DNA of 64,000 nucleotides, taken from positions 78,570-142,569 of the forward strand of contig CAZBVG010000002.1 of the NCBI GenBank assembly GCA_964495425.1, given 5' to 3'. This stretch comes from an uncultured Candidatus Saccharibacteria bacterium. GTDB lineage: Bacteria; Patescibacteriota; Minisyncoccia; Phycocordibacterales; UBA6065. Positions 19,479 through 29,337 of the stretch are shown one piece after another. Positions within the stretch are counted from its first letter, which is position 1. Every line of letters starts with the position of its first letter. Below the pieces are notes generated by a model. It was not told where the DNA came from. It saw only the letters and a program-made list of their open reading frames with translations, and made no database searches. Position numbers and translations under genes: made by a program.

Positions 19479-20312
19479 TTATTTGCACACGTTTATTACT
19501 TCCTCGATTACGGTATCTATTTTTCCTTTTTCAATACCGTAATCCGCCAGCTTATCTTTATGCTCAAGAAGATGCTTGCAAAGAATCATGCCCGCATCCA
19601 ATAACGACTTCTTTTCAGTTTGGGTTAATGTCAAAAGAGATGTAAGTGGATGAAGTTTTGCTTCATTGATTAAATCCTCAAGGTTTCCCTCTGCTGGATA
19701 ATTCCATCCAACCAATGATAGACCCTGACACTCGGCATACCTAATAGCATGATCTGTGAATTTTGTATTTGTAAAAAGTTGAAAAGAAGTCACTTTGCGT
19801 TTTTTGCCACCATATTCATGAACACTATTTTTCAAATCATCAAAACGTGCCCGTATGTAAAGTGCCACCTTAAGATCAGATTTAAGCCCAGGTTCATTGT
19901 GGAATTTGGCCTCAATAATGGAAAGTTTATCTCCCTTCCATGCAACAACATCTACCTCATGCTCTACGCAATTACCTTCAATAATTTGACCTGTAACTGC
20001 TTCATAACCTTTTGCTTTAAAAATTTCAGCAATAAGCTTTTCAAAAGGAAAGCCGCTTGGACCAAGATCCGCAATAGCTCTCTTCATTGAATAGCGCGCC
20101 GCAACGGGCTTTGCATCCTGTCTCAGAATCTCAAAAGCATGTTTATATATCTCAGAAGTTGGTATGCCATTTACAAGCTCTTTTTGAATATGGTCTGCAA
20201 TCCGATTAGCTTCTGAATCACTTGCTCCTGCCTTCCGCAAAGAAAGAATGAGTTTTGCAGGCACGAATACCTCCTGCTCACCAGTAGATTTAAGTACAAG
20301 AATATGTGTCAT
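19479..20312 (-). CDS. ATP-cone plus Mrr-like restriction endonuclease domain protein
   Basis: N-terminal VLKSTGEQE.F...KL; FEKLIAE, EVDVVA..IEAKFH. Confidence 0.82.
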   Translation of the reverse strand: MTHILVLKSTGEQEVFVPAKLILSLRKAGASDSEANRIADHIQKELVNGIPTSEIYKHAFEILRQDAKPVAARYSMKRAIADLGPSGFPFEKLIAEIFKAKGYEAVTGQIIEGNCVEHEVDVVAWKGDKLSIIEAKFHNEPGLKSDLKVALYIRARFDDLKNSVHEYGGKKRKVTSFQLFTNTKFTDHAIRYAECQGLSLVGWNYPAEGNLEDLINEAKLHPLTSLLTLTQTEKKSLLDAGMILCKHLLEHKDKLADYGIEKGKIDTVIEEVINVCK

Positions 20313-20334
20313 GCACCGATTATATCGCGGCTTT

Positions 20335-21381
20335 TTATTTCACGATACCTCCTCCAAGACACACATCACCTTCATATACTACGACCGACTGACCAGGTGC
20401 AATTACAAGCGACTCATTAAAAATGATGTGAGAGCCCTCAATAGCGCAGGGTAAAAGCGCTCCAAGGTGACGAATTCGTGCTTTATAGCTTGATCCCGGT
20501 GTTGGTTTTGTTGATATCCAATTTATAGAATCAAGCTGGAATTTCTTTTTTTCAATTGAAAGTTCACCATGTGATGATTTGTGAGAAACAGTAAGAGTGT
20601 TCTTTTCAAGATCTCGAGAAACAATATAATACGGCAAATCCTCAGGTGACTTAGTAGTGATAGTAAAACCGTGTCGCTCACCAAGTGTATGGAATACTGC
20701 CCCGTCATGCTCGCCTATGATTGCGCCCTTTTCATCAAGCACATTTCCCTTTTTTGCCTCGACGTAATGAGATAAGAATTCCTTCATACTTACCTTACCA
20801 ATAAAACAAAGTCCCTGGCTATCCTTTTTTTGAGCAACAGGAAGACCGTATTGTGCGGCAAGCTTTCTGGTATCAATTTTCTCCATGTCACCGACTGGGA
20901 AAAGTGTTTTTAAAAGATGCTCTGAGGTAAGAGTCCACAAAAAATACGTTTGATCCTTTCCATGATCTACGCCGGAAAGCAATTTCCCATGTTTTGATTG
21001 AGCATAATGACCTGTTGCTACATAGTCAGCGCCATTTTCCATTGCCCACTTATAAAATCCACCAAATTTCACATACTTGTTGCACATAACATCTGGATTT
21101 GGAGTTCGGCCAGCCTTATATTCAGAAATCATGTAATCAACAACCTCCTTTTTATATTCCTTTTCTAAATCAAGCGTAATAAACGGAATTCCGAGATGAA
21201 CACACACACGCATAGCATCAAGCCGATCTTCCTTCCAGGTACACTCATACCATTCAGGCTGCCAAACCTTTATAAATACACCAGTTACGTCAAAACCCTG
21301 CTTTTTAAGCAGTGCAGCAGAAACAGAGGAATCAACCCCTCCAGACATACCTACATATACTTTTTTGGAACCAGCGTTCAT
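20335..21381 (-). CDS. mnmA: tRNA 2-thiouridylase MnmA
   Basis: SGGVDS, TPNPDVMCN, ATGHYA, DSQGLCF. Confidence 0.97.
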   Translation of the reverse strand: MNAGSKKVYVGMSGGVDSSVSAALLKKQGFDVTGVFIKVWQPEWYECTWKEDRLDAMRVCVHLGIPFITLDLEKEYKKEVVDYMISEYKAGRTPNPDVMCNKYVKFGGFYKWAMENGADYVATGHYAQSKHGKLLSGVDHGKDQTYFLWTLTSEHLLKTLFPVGDMEKIDTRKLAAQYGLPVAQKKDSQGLCFIGKVSMKEFLSHYVEAKKGNVLDEKGAIIGEHDGAVFHTLGERHGFTITTKSPEDLPYYIVSRDLEKNTLTVSHKSSHGELSIEKKKFQLDSINWISTKPTPGSSYKARIRHLGALLPCAIEGSHIIFNESLVIAPGQSVVVYEGDVCLGGGIVK

Positions 21382-21409
21382 TAATCCTGATACTATAGGT
21401 AAAAGTTAC

Positions 21410-22444
21410 CTATTTCAAATATTTCTCTTTGTTCACTAAATGCTGCTCATATGTCACAGCTGGATGAAATCCTCCCTGTGGGTCAGTAAGATAAAAATAA
21501 TATTTCGTTTTTGTTGGGTGAATTGCTGCACGAATTGCTTCTAATCCCGGGTTAGAAATTGGGGTTGGTGGAAAGCCAAGGTTGAGATAGGTGTTGTACG
21601 GGGATTTCATTTGAAAATCTTCTGAACTCAAATGATTACCATCTGGCTTGCCAGTCGCGTACACCACTGAGGCATCAACTTGTAGCGGCATCTTTTCATC
21701 AAGACGCTTCCACAAAATATCTGCAATTACTTGTCGTGTCTCGTATACTCTGCCTTCTTCTTCGAGTATAGAAGCCATGTTAATAAGCTGCTCAATAGGT
21801 CGGCTCGATGATGCGATATCTTGCGAAATTGTTTCAATTTTTTGCTTATGAGTATCAAGCATCACTTTAACAACTTCCTCAGCTGTTATATTCGGCAAGA
21901 AAAGATATGTCTCAGGAAATAAGTATCCTTCGTATGGTGATGCGACTTTAATAAACTGGGCTTTGCTGAATCGCGAGAATTTTTGCTCCTTCGCAAAAAT
22001 ATCTGCAATTTGCTTGACAGTAAGTCCTTCTGGAATAGTGATTCGGACATTTTTCAGATCAAACCCGGCATGTGTAAGTCTCCATGCAAGTTTGAGCGAA
22101 CTCTGCGGTTTCTCTAGGTAATATTCACCAGCAAGTAGCCCTTTGGTACCACCAAACAATGTCATAAAGACTTTAAAGGCGAATTCCGACCTTATTACCC
22201 GCAACGTGCGCAATTCCTGTGCCCCACCAGAAAGTGTTTGCCCACTTTTGATAACTACAACTGTGTCCTTTGGAAATTCTGTTGGTGGAGCAACCAATAA
22301 TTTATATAGAAGTACAAATACGGTGAATATAATGAATCCCGCACAATACCAAAATCTCCACTTAAAGATGTGTGATTGAAAAGGAGGCACTGATGATTGT
22401 GTCTCCTGGGGTAAAGGATTTTGTGTGGGAAAAGTAGGTTCCAT
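21410..22444 (-). CDS. mltG: Endolytic transglycosylase MltG
   Basis: TIPEG, EGYLFPETY, SPYNTY..GFPPTPISNPG; start set at MEPTF. Confidence 0.93.
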   Translation of the reverse strand: MEPTFPTQNPLPQETQSSVPPFQSHIFKWRFWYCAGFIIFTVFVLLYKLLVAPPTEFPKDTVVVIKSGQTLSGGAQELRTLRVIRSEFAFKVFMTLFGGTKGLLAGEYYLEKPQSSLKLAWRLTHAGFDLKNVRITIPEGLTVKQIADIFAKEQKFSRFSKAQFIKVASPYEGYLFPETYLFLPNITAEEVVKVMLDTHKQKIETISQDIASSSRPIEQLINMASILEEEGRVYETRQVIADILWKRLDEKMPLQVDASVVYATGKPDGNHLSSEDFQMKSPYNTYLNLGFPPTPISNPGLEAIRAAIHPTKTKYYFYLTDPQGGFHPAVTYEQHLVNKEKYLK

Positions 22445-22445
22445 A

Positions 22446-23690
22446 TTAGACAGGAAGATTTGATGGAGCATCTGCTCGCTTCGATGGGATTCGTTTGAGT
22501 GTTGGTGTTGTTACCGCGCTTCCTGGGAAGTGATAAATTGTTGCCAACTCCTCGGTGTTGAGAACCGTTGCTTTTTTCTTGTATGGATAATGGAAATATC
22601 CGCGATCTCGGTATGCTTTAAAATGACCAACTTTCTGCTCAGCGAGCTTCTTACCCTTCCAATCCTGCCATTTGTAGTCAAAACCCATTCCAGCTGGTTT
22701 AAAACCATTAAGATGAGGTGCGTTAAATTGTTTAAATGAGCCCATTAATCCTCCTCCAATGCCTTTATCAAATATGTCCTTTGGAGCGATATACAGCACT
22801 CGAATTCCGGCATCGAATGCGAACTTCGAAATACTACGTTCAATAGCTGAAATACGTTCTTTTTGACCTTCTGTAAGCTTTACGGAATTAGGAGTTTTGC
22901 TTCCTTCATCATCCTCAACAGCAGATTCCTCAATAATAGCCTTGATAAGTTCCTTTGCTTCATCCTTCCACTTATCCGGATACTTTTCGTTCAAAGGAGT
23001 TTTTTCCTGAGTGTGAGCACGAACAATAATTTGTATCCACGCCTGATGCCCCTTTTTAAGTGAGCCTAAAAACTCAACAAGCGGTGCAAGTGGATCGATC
23101 TTGTATTCTTCCTTTGGATCCTTATCCAAACCATAATCGACGTATGTCTTTATCGGTAATGGATCAGGCCCAGTTGCCTCGAACCGACATCCTGCTATGT
23201 CATGCTTGCTCGCATCGTATGGCATTTTATGCACATAATCATCGACTTGGTGGATTTCAACACCCGGATATTGAGCATAAATATTAGTTTCAATAATATT
23301 TCTCTGACTCTTAAATGTCCAAATATAGAAATGAATTTCACCGTCAATTGAAACTAACTCAAGTGAAAAGTAAGGGCGTACTTTACCTTCCCAATATCGA
23401 TCAATTGGTGTACCTTCACCACCTGTTTGGTACAAAGCCAATAACACAAGCTCCATTGCTAGCGGAGATTTAATCGTCTCCTGTGGCAACTTTATTTCAA
23501 GCAATACCTTTTCTTGTTTTCGAATCCAATCGTATCTTTTGTATCGTGTCCAAAAAACCCAGGTAAATTCAAAGAGAAGCGCTGGCACCCAAATGACCGC
23601 AAGAAACACAAGCCACCTGAGAGTCTCAGGAAATAGAATATGAAGCACGAAATACGGAAGATCTGTTGCAATGAGTGAGAAGATATTCAC
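22446..23690 (-). CDS. Conserved hypothetical membrane-anchored protein
   Basis: 414 aa, N-terminal TMs, FSLE, PIKTY, EELATIYHFP motifs recalled from CPR proteins. Confidence 0.8.
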   Translation of the reverse strand: MNIFSLIATDLPYFVLHILFPETLRWLVFLAVIWVPALLFEFTWVFWTRYKRYDWIRKQEKVLLEIKLPQETIKSPLAMELVLLALYQTGGEGTPIDRYWEGKVRPYFSLELVSIDGEIHFYIWTFKSQRNIIETNIYAQYPGVEIHQVDDYVHKMPYDASKHDIAGCRFEATGPDPLPIKTYVDYGLDKDPKEEYKIDPLAPLVEFLGSLKKGHQAWIQIIVRAHTQEKTPLNEKYPDKWKDEAKELIKAIIEESAVEDDEGSKTPNSVKLTEGQKERISAIERSISKFAFDAGIRVLYIAPKDIFDKGIGGGLMGSFKQFNAPHLNGFKPAGMGFDYKWQDWKGKKLAEQKVGHFKAYRDRGYFHYPYKKKATVLNTEELATIYHFPGSAVTTPTLKRIPSKRADAPSNLPV

Positions 23691-23756
23691 GGTCTAATTT
23701 TACTAAACTAGCGCCATATTGCAAAGCAAAACCACCTGTTTGCAGGTGGTTTGTGC

Positions 23757-24785
23757 TTATACAATCGAGTAGCGACCCTCTTTGTCTTTCTTGAAGTACT
23801 TTGGGTTCTGAAGATTAACGAGGATAGTGTTTTCCTTAACATATCGCTCCTTCATAACTTTATCGATAACTTCCTTTTTGGTGAGTGGTCCGTTCTTTTC
23901 AATTACTTTCTTGATAACGTCCTTAACTACACCTGACATGTAACCCCATTCTGAGAGTGCGTAGAGTCCTCGGCCAACAAGAACGAATCGAGGATCCTTA
24001 ATAAGCTCGTTGTGGGTTGTTGCAACATGAGCCTTCTTGTTAAACATTTTTTCAATCTGCTTCGCTACTTCTCGGAAGTGGATTGGAGAACCGTGCTTTC
24101 GGATAACGAGGAACGCGTAGTCTCGCATACCTTTTGCCTTGATGTTTGGAGACTGAGATACACCCCATTCGCCGAGTGGATTCTTGCCCACCTTCTTTGA
24201 TAGAGAGAGCCATCGCTTGAGAATCTCATCATTTCGATATGTGTCATTGAGGCCTTCGATATGATTTAGGAACGTATCAATCATTTCTGATTCAGGAATG
24301 ATGTCATCATCCTTGAGGTTTTTATAAAGCTTTTTAAGTGCCTCTTCAACCTTTTTTGAGGTTGCCTCATCTACATGCCATCGGTGCTTGAAATGATCAT
24401 CTTCCTTCTGCCACTTGAACGCTCGGCCAAGTACGAGGAGGAAATAAATGTGATTTTGGATTGATGGATCCTTTGAAACACTGTCCAAGAGATCTTCTTC
24501 TGCCATAACGCCACCCATCTCAGTCATCATTGCTTCGAGCTCTTTAAACGCCACATTCTGAGCCTCATATTCCTTTGATTTCTGGATGTTTGAGATAGCG
24601 TAGTTTTCAATCTGTCGAACGCGCTCTCGAGTGATGCCATAGGTCTTTCCGATAGCCTCAAGAGTCATTTTTGAAGGCTCTTTCCCAAGGCCATATCGCT
24701 TAATGATAACCTCCTGAGCACGATCAGGAAGACTCTTTAGAAGAGCCTTTACTACCTGCTTAGGTTTGAGCGTGAGCGTAGTCAT
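23757..24785 (-). CDS. Sigma-70 region 4 HTH fused to winged-helix (HARE-HTH-like) domains
   Basis: TLEAIG..GITRERVRQIE at N-terminus; PIHFREV..HNELIKD.RFVLVGRGLYAL.EW. Confidence 0.85.
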   Translation of the reverse strand: MTTLTLKPKQVVKALLKSLPDRAQEVIIKRYGLGKEPSKMTLEAIGKTYGITRERVRQIENYAISNIQKSKEYEAQNVAFKELEAMMTEMGGVMAEEDLLDSVSKDPSIQNHIYFLLVLGRAFKWQKEDDHFKHRWHVDEATSKKVEEALKKLYKNLKDDDIIPESEMIDTFLNHIEGLNDTYRNDEILKRWLSLSKKVGKNPLGEWGVSQSPNIKAKGMRDYAFLVIRKHGSPIHFREVAKQIEKMFNKKAHVATTHNELIKDPRFVLVGRGLYALSEWGYMSGVVKDVIKKVIEKNGPLTKKEVIDKVMKERYVKENTILVNLQNPKYFKKDKEGRYSIV

Positions 24786-24898
24786 AATGATGCCGCGTTC
24801 GTTTAAAATCTTGTAAATTCAGTGAATTTAAATTATCACTGGTTTGTTAGTAAGTCAAGCTTATGTGATATCACCACACCTGTCAAGAGGGCGCCAGG

Positions 24899-27862
24899 CT
24901 ACCGTACTACGATTGAAACAAGTTTGCCTGGTACCACGATAATTTTCTCTGGCTGTTTCCCTTCTAACCATTTTTTAACATCTGGAAGCGCCAAGGCCTT
25001 TTGCTCAATTTCACTTTTTCCTGCTGTTTTTGCTGCTTCAAAGGTACCTCTTACTTTTCCATTTACCTGGACAACAATCGTAACTGACTCACTCACAAGC
25101 TTTGACTCATCTACCATTGGCCACTCTGACGTGTGGATTGATTTCTTGTTTCCAAGCATACTCCACAACTCCTCAGTTACATGAGGAGCAAGGGGTGCTA
25201 AAAGTTTAAGAAATGCCTCATAGAAATTCTTTGAAAGCGCTCCAGCCTTCTCCATTTCGTTCGAGAGGATCATTAGCGAGCTTACAGCCGTATTGTGTCG
25301 AAGGGTAGCAATATCATCAGTGACTTTTTTGATTGTTTTGTGGAGCAAGACATCGAGTTCATTACTCATCTGCGCATCCTTAGAGACTTTTTCAGATAAT
25401 TTCCAAACACGTTCTAAGAATCTGCGTGAACCGAGAATACCTGAGGTTGACCATGCAATTGCCTGATCGAAAGGACCCATGAACATCTCGTACACACGGA
25501 GAGTGTCCGCACCATATGTTTCAACAATGGTGTCAGGATTAACAACATTTCCAAAACGCTTCGACATTTTTCGGCCATCCTCACCCATAATAAGACCTAC
25601 CGACTGAAGTTTCTTGAAAGGCTCAGTCGTTGAGACTGCACCGATATCATATAGAAACTTGTGCCAGAATCGCGCATAAATCAAATGACGCGTTGCATGC
25701 TCTGCACCACCAACATAGAAATCAACTTGGTTCCAATATTTTTCTTTTTTCGTATCAACAAGTGATTTGGTATTTGCAGGATCCATATAACGAAGGTAAT
25801 ACCACGAAGAACCTGCCCATTGAGGCATAGTATTTGTTTCCCGTTTAAGAATCCTTGAATTCTTTCCTTTTCCAACTCTCACATATACCCATTTATCGAT
25901 TGCGGCTAAAGGAGATTCGCCGGTGCCAGTCGGTTCGTATGATTTAACCTTAGGTAGTGTAACCGGAAGATCCTTTTCACTTACCGAGACAATTTCGTGC
26001 GGCATGATGGATTCCAACTTTGCCCATAACGCATGAGCCTCCTTCCCGTTTTTTGAATTGAAATGACCAAAGCCATCCCACTCTTCAATCTTCCACGTTG
26101 AAGGAAGCTCACCGTGAGTTTCAGCCTGAACATACGGATCATCCTTTGAACGAATGAGCGTTATATTTGGTGTATACGTTGTTATCTGTTTGTAATCCAA
26201 AGGTTCCTGCCAAAACTTTTTAAGTGCAGGAATATCTGATTTTTGATCCTCTTTTTGCATTGATTCCCAATGCTTTTCGCTTCGTACGCGTCCTACCGCG
26301 CTAGCTACAAGGAAAAGGTGCCCGATATTACGTTTTGTTGTAGAAACTAAACGCAAGGCAGCATTTGATCCAAGGCTGTGCCCTACAATCAGGTCATCTG
26401 GACCGAAATTTTTTACCAGCGGTTCTAGTTCATTCATCCACGATTCAACCGTTGGGTGTTTCGATGTAGAAATAGTTGGATTAAATACCTCAACTCCCCG
26501 CTCTTCAAGAATCTGTTTAAGTTTTTTAAACCAGTGGTTAGTGCCATTACCCTCAAATCCATGAATAAGAAGAGCTTTTTTGGCTTTAAGTCCTTGTAGA
26601 AGAGGAAAAGGTTCGCCCCAGTAACGCTGTCGTGAGAACACCCAATCCTTAAGCTTGTACTTAACTACCCACTTACCACCAACTGATTCTGTGATCTTTT
26701 TTCGCGCATCTGTTGATTTCATGCCAGTAAAAGCACCCGAATCAATGAGTGTGTCCTGTTCATCAATAACCACCTTACTCATAAGGCTAAATTTTTGAGC
26801 AAACTGTTCATCTCTTTCATCGTGAGCAGGAACAGCCATCACTGCACCCGTTCCGTATTCAGCAAGTACATAATCTGCTACAAATACAGGTACTTCCTCA
26901 TTATTAGCTGGATTGATCGCGAAAACACCCTCAAGCTTTATACCTGTTTTATCTTTCTTAGCATCAGTTCTTTCAATCTCAGTCATTACGCGAGCCGAGG
27001 CAACATACTTAATGACTTCCGCATGATTCTTTATATTTTCCTTATGCTTAAGTATCTCAGTTACAAACGTGTGCTCAGGAGCAACAACTACATACGTAAC
27101 ACCGAAAAGTGTATCTGGCCGTGTAGTAAATACTTTAAGTTTTTCACCTCTACCTTTAATAGCAAAATCAATTTCAGCTCCCTCTGAACGACCGATCCAA
27201 TTTCGCTGTGATTCCTTTATTGATTCCGGCCAATCGAGCCCATCAATATCTTTCAAAAGTCGATCAGCATACTCAGTGATTTTAAGAACCCACTGTCGCA
27301 TCGGCTTCTTTTCAACTGGAGTACCGCAGCGTTCGCACTTTCCATCCTCCACATCCTCATTAGCTAAGCCTGTTTTACATGAAGGACACCAATTAATTGG
27401 TTCATATGACTCATACGCTAGTCCTTTTTCTAATAGCTTAAGGAAAATCCACTGTGTCCATTTGTAAAATTTTGGATCTGTCGTATTAACCTCTCGCGCC
27501 CAGTCGTAATCAAAACCAATAATTTCAAGCTGCTTTTTATATCGAGCGACGTTCTTGGCAACCGAATCCATGGGATTAGTTTTTGTTTTGATGGCATAGT
27601 TTTCAGCCGGCAAGCCAAAAGCATCAAATCCCATTGGATGAAGTACATTAAAGCCAGCCATCCTTTTCTGACGAGCTACAATATCAGTGGCGATGTAGCC
27701 TTTTGGATGACCAACATGGAGCCCTTCACCTGAAGGGTATGGAAACATATCAAGAATATAAAACTTCGGTTTTTTAAATGAATCCTCTGTCTTATAAACT
27801 TTTGTCTTCTCCCACTCCTTCTGCCACTTCTTTTCTATTTTTCTGTGATCGTATTGAGTCAT
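24899..27862 (-). CDS. leuS: Leucyl-tRNA synthetase with inserted alpha/beta hydrolase
   Basis: MFPYPSG..HVGH, TTRPDT editing domain, KMSKR; extra domain of about 200 aa. Confidence 0.97.
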   Translation of the reverse strand: MTQYDHRKIEKKWQKEWEKTKVYKTEDSFKKPKFYILDMFPYPSGEGLHVGHPKGYIATDIVARQKRMAGFNVLHPMGFDAFGLPAENYAIKTKTNPMDSVAKNVARYKKQLEIIGFDYDWAREVNTTDPKFYKWTQWIFLKLLEKGLAYESYEPINWCPSCKTGLANEDVEDGKCERCGTPVEKKPMRQWVLKITEYADRLLKDIDGLDWPESIKESQRNWIGRSEGAEIDFAIKGRGEKLKVFTTRPDTLFGVTYVVVAPEHTFVTEILKHKENIKNHAEVIKYVASARVMTEIERTDAKKDKTGIKLEGVFAINPANNEEVPVFVADYVLAEYGTGAVMAVPAHDERDEQFAQKFSLMSKVVIDEQDTLIDSGAFTGMKSTDARKKITESVGGKWVVKYKLKDWVFSRQRYWGEPFPLLQGLKAKKALLIHGFEGNGTNHWFKKLKQILEERGVEVFNPTISTSKHPTVESWMNELEPLVKNFGPDDLIVGHSLGSNAALRLVSTTKRNIGHLFLVASAVGRVRSEKHWESMQKEDQKSDIPALKKFWQEPLDYKQITTYTPNITLIRSKDDPYVQAETHGELPSTWKIEEWDGFGHFNSKNGKEAHALWAKLESIMPHEIVSVSEKDLPVTLPKVKSYEPTGTGESPLAAIDKWVYVRVGKGKNSRILKRETNTMPQWAGSSWYYLRYMDPANTKSLVDTKKEKYWNQVDFYVGGAEHATRHLIYARFWHKFLYDIGAVSTTEPFKKLQSVGLIMGEDGRKMSKRFGNVVNPDTIVETYGADTLRVYEMFMGPFDQAIAWSTSGILGSRRFLERVWKLSEKVSKDAQMSNELDVLLHKTIKKVTDDIATLRHNTAVSSLMILSNEMEKAGALSKNFYEAFLKLLAPLAPHVTEELWSMLGNKKSIHTSEWPMVDESKLVSESVTIVVQVNGKVRGTFEAAKTAGKSEIEQKALALPDVKKWLEGKQPEKIIVVPGKLVSIVVR

Positions 27863-27865
27863 TGA

Positions 27866-28840
27866 TTAGAGATTCTGTATAACTGGTGTTCCGACATTTG
27901 CTTTGTTGTACACAGGATATAGCTGTGGATCTATTGTTCGGTCAAAACAGACATTACCAGCGCTGTGCTTCCATGTGTCATTAGCAGCCGGCATCGTTCC
28001 ATAAGCGCGATACGGCATTGAGTTTGTGTCTGCAGTATTGCTTTCCAGATTAAAGGTTGCACATAGCTTAAACGACATTTGACCTGTTTTTGTATATGAA
28101 TACTCACGTCCTTCGGGATCACGTGGGACCATGTAACCTGAAATTGAATCCTGTATGTCTGTTATCTGATTTGGAAGAGTACCCTTTTGCTGCCAGTAAT
28201 TAATAATTTGCCACTGTATATTGCTTAGATCACTAATTCGAGTTTCATCAAATCTCACTTTTCGCGCGGTCATCGGAGAACCTACGTAAATAAGACCGCC
28301 AATGAGAGTTCCGAATACAAAGAGACATGCAAGTGAAACTATGAGCTTTGCTCGATTTGGCATCTCAGGAGTGAAATCCTTTTTAAGGTCGTAGAGATAA
28401 TACGCAAACACAGCACCTGAAACGACAAGTACAGAAACTACCTTAAGAACAAATCTACTCGTAATTTCTCCACCAAGGAATGTATTAACGAGAAAAATGA
28501 GGTCAGTTACGACTGCTACTCCAGTAACAAACAAGGTGAGGTATGTAAGCCACTTTCGCACGCTTAGTTCCTTTTTCTCAGGATGTGCTCTGAGATATCG
28601 ATTCAAGTATGAAGCGACTATTAGATACAGCGGAAATACAATGACAAGACAGGCAATTGCCGCTCGCATACCGGCAGAGTAGAAATCTCCCCCGTAGTAG
28701 TAATAGCTAGAAAGATTATCCGGAAACGCCTTATTAATAATGTTAAATAGAAGTGTAATAAGAGAAATCGAGCTTACGTAGAGGGTAACGAAGCTAGAAA
28801 GATAGACAAAGAAGTCCTTAGCTGTAGTTTTAGGTTGCAT
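27866..28840 (-). CDS. Multi-pass membrane protein (DUF5671-like) with pilin-like C-terminal part
   Basis: Five TMs, RKWLTYLTLF, R..D..RISDL. Confidence 0.75.
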   Translation of the reverse strand: MQPKTTAKDFFVYLSSFVTLYVSSISLITLLFNIINKAFPDNLSSYYYYGGDFYSAGMRAAIACLVIVFPLYLIVASYLNRYLRAHPEKKELSVRKWLTYLTLFVTGVAVVTDLIFLVNTFLGGEITSRFVLKVVSVLVVSGAVFAYYLYDLKKDFTPEMPNRAKLIVSLACLFVFGTLIGGLIYVGSPMTARKVRFDETRISDLSNIQWQIINYWQQKGTLPNQITDIQDSISGYMVPRDPEGREYSYTKTGQMSFKLCATFNLESNTADTNSMPYRAYGTMPAANDTWKHSAGNVCFDRTIDPQLYPVYNKANVGTPVIQNL

Positions 28841-28950
28841 GGCTCATATATTAGGCTAATAAGCCCTTTAATAGTACCAAACCACACCTTTTTTACAAAC
28901 AAAAGCCCCGTTCAGACTGTTACCGAACGGAGCTCTTGATCTGGCTCAAT

Positions 28951-29181
28951 TTACATTGATGCCTGCATACCGCCCTTTGAATCGCATGCCTTGCAGTCCT
29001 TCTTGTGAGTAAACACAAGATAGAGGCCTGAAAGACCTACGATCACATAGACAATTTTTGAGAGCATTGAACCTGCGCCCAAAAGCATATCTACAAGATT
29101 CCATCCACCAGCGCCGACGAGGCCCCAATTGAGAGCTCCGACAACTACGAGGATGAATGCAATTGCGTGAAGTGCCTTCAT
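28951..29181 (-). CDS. DUF378 family small membrane protein
   Basis: LVVVGALNWGLVG..NLV. Confidence 0.9.
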   Translation of the reverse strand: MKALHAIAFILVVVGALNWGLVGAGGWNLVDMLLGAGSMLSKIVYVIVGLSGLYLVFTHKKDCKACDSKGGMQASM

Positions 29182-29273
29182 ATCATTAAAAATTAAATTG
29201 TAATGCCGACATTACCCATTAATTATATCAATTCCGCAATAGTTTTGTGAAAAGTTATCCACTGCTGGCTTAT

Positions 29274-29306
29274 CTAAACCTTAAACTCTATCGCACCACC
29301 ATCTTT
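29274..29306 (-). repeat. Degenerate copy of the last 11 codons of ychF
   Basis: 27/33 nt identical to 29552-29584; reads KDGGAIEFKV* versus KDGDVIEFKV*. Confidence 0.85.
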
Positions 29307-29337
29307 TCAAACCCTTTAGTCTGTGCTAATTTCCTGT

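Noticed and set aside
26000-26595. Intein in leuS
   Set aside because: No N-terminal Cys/Ser block, no His-Asn end and no LAGLIDADG; the motifs are those of a serine hydrolase
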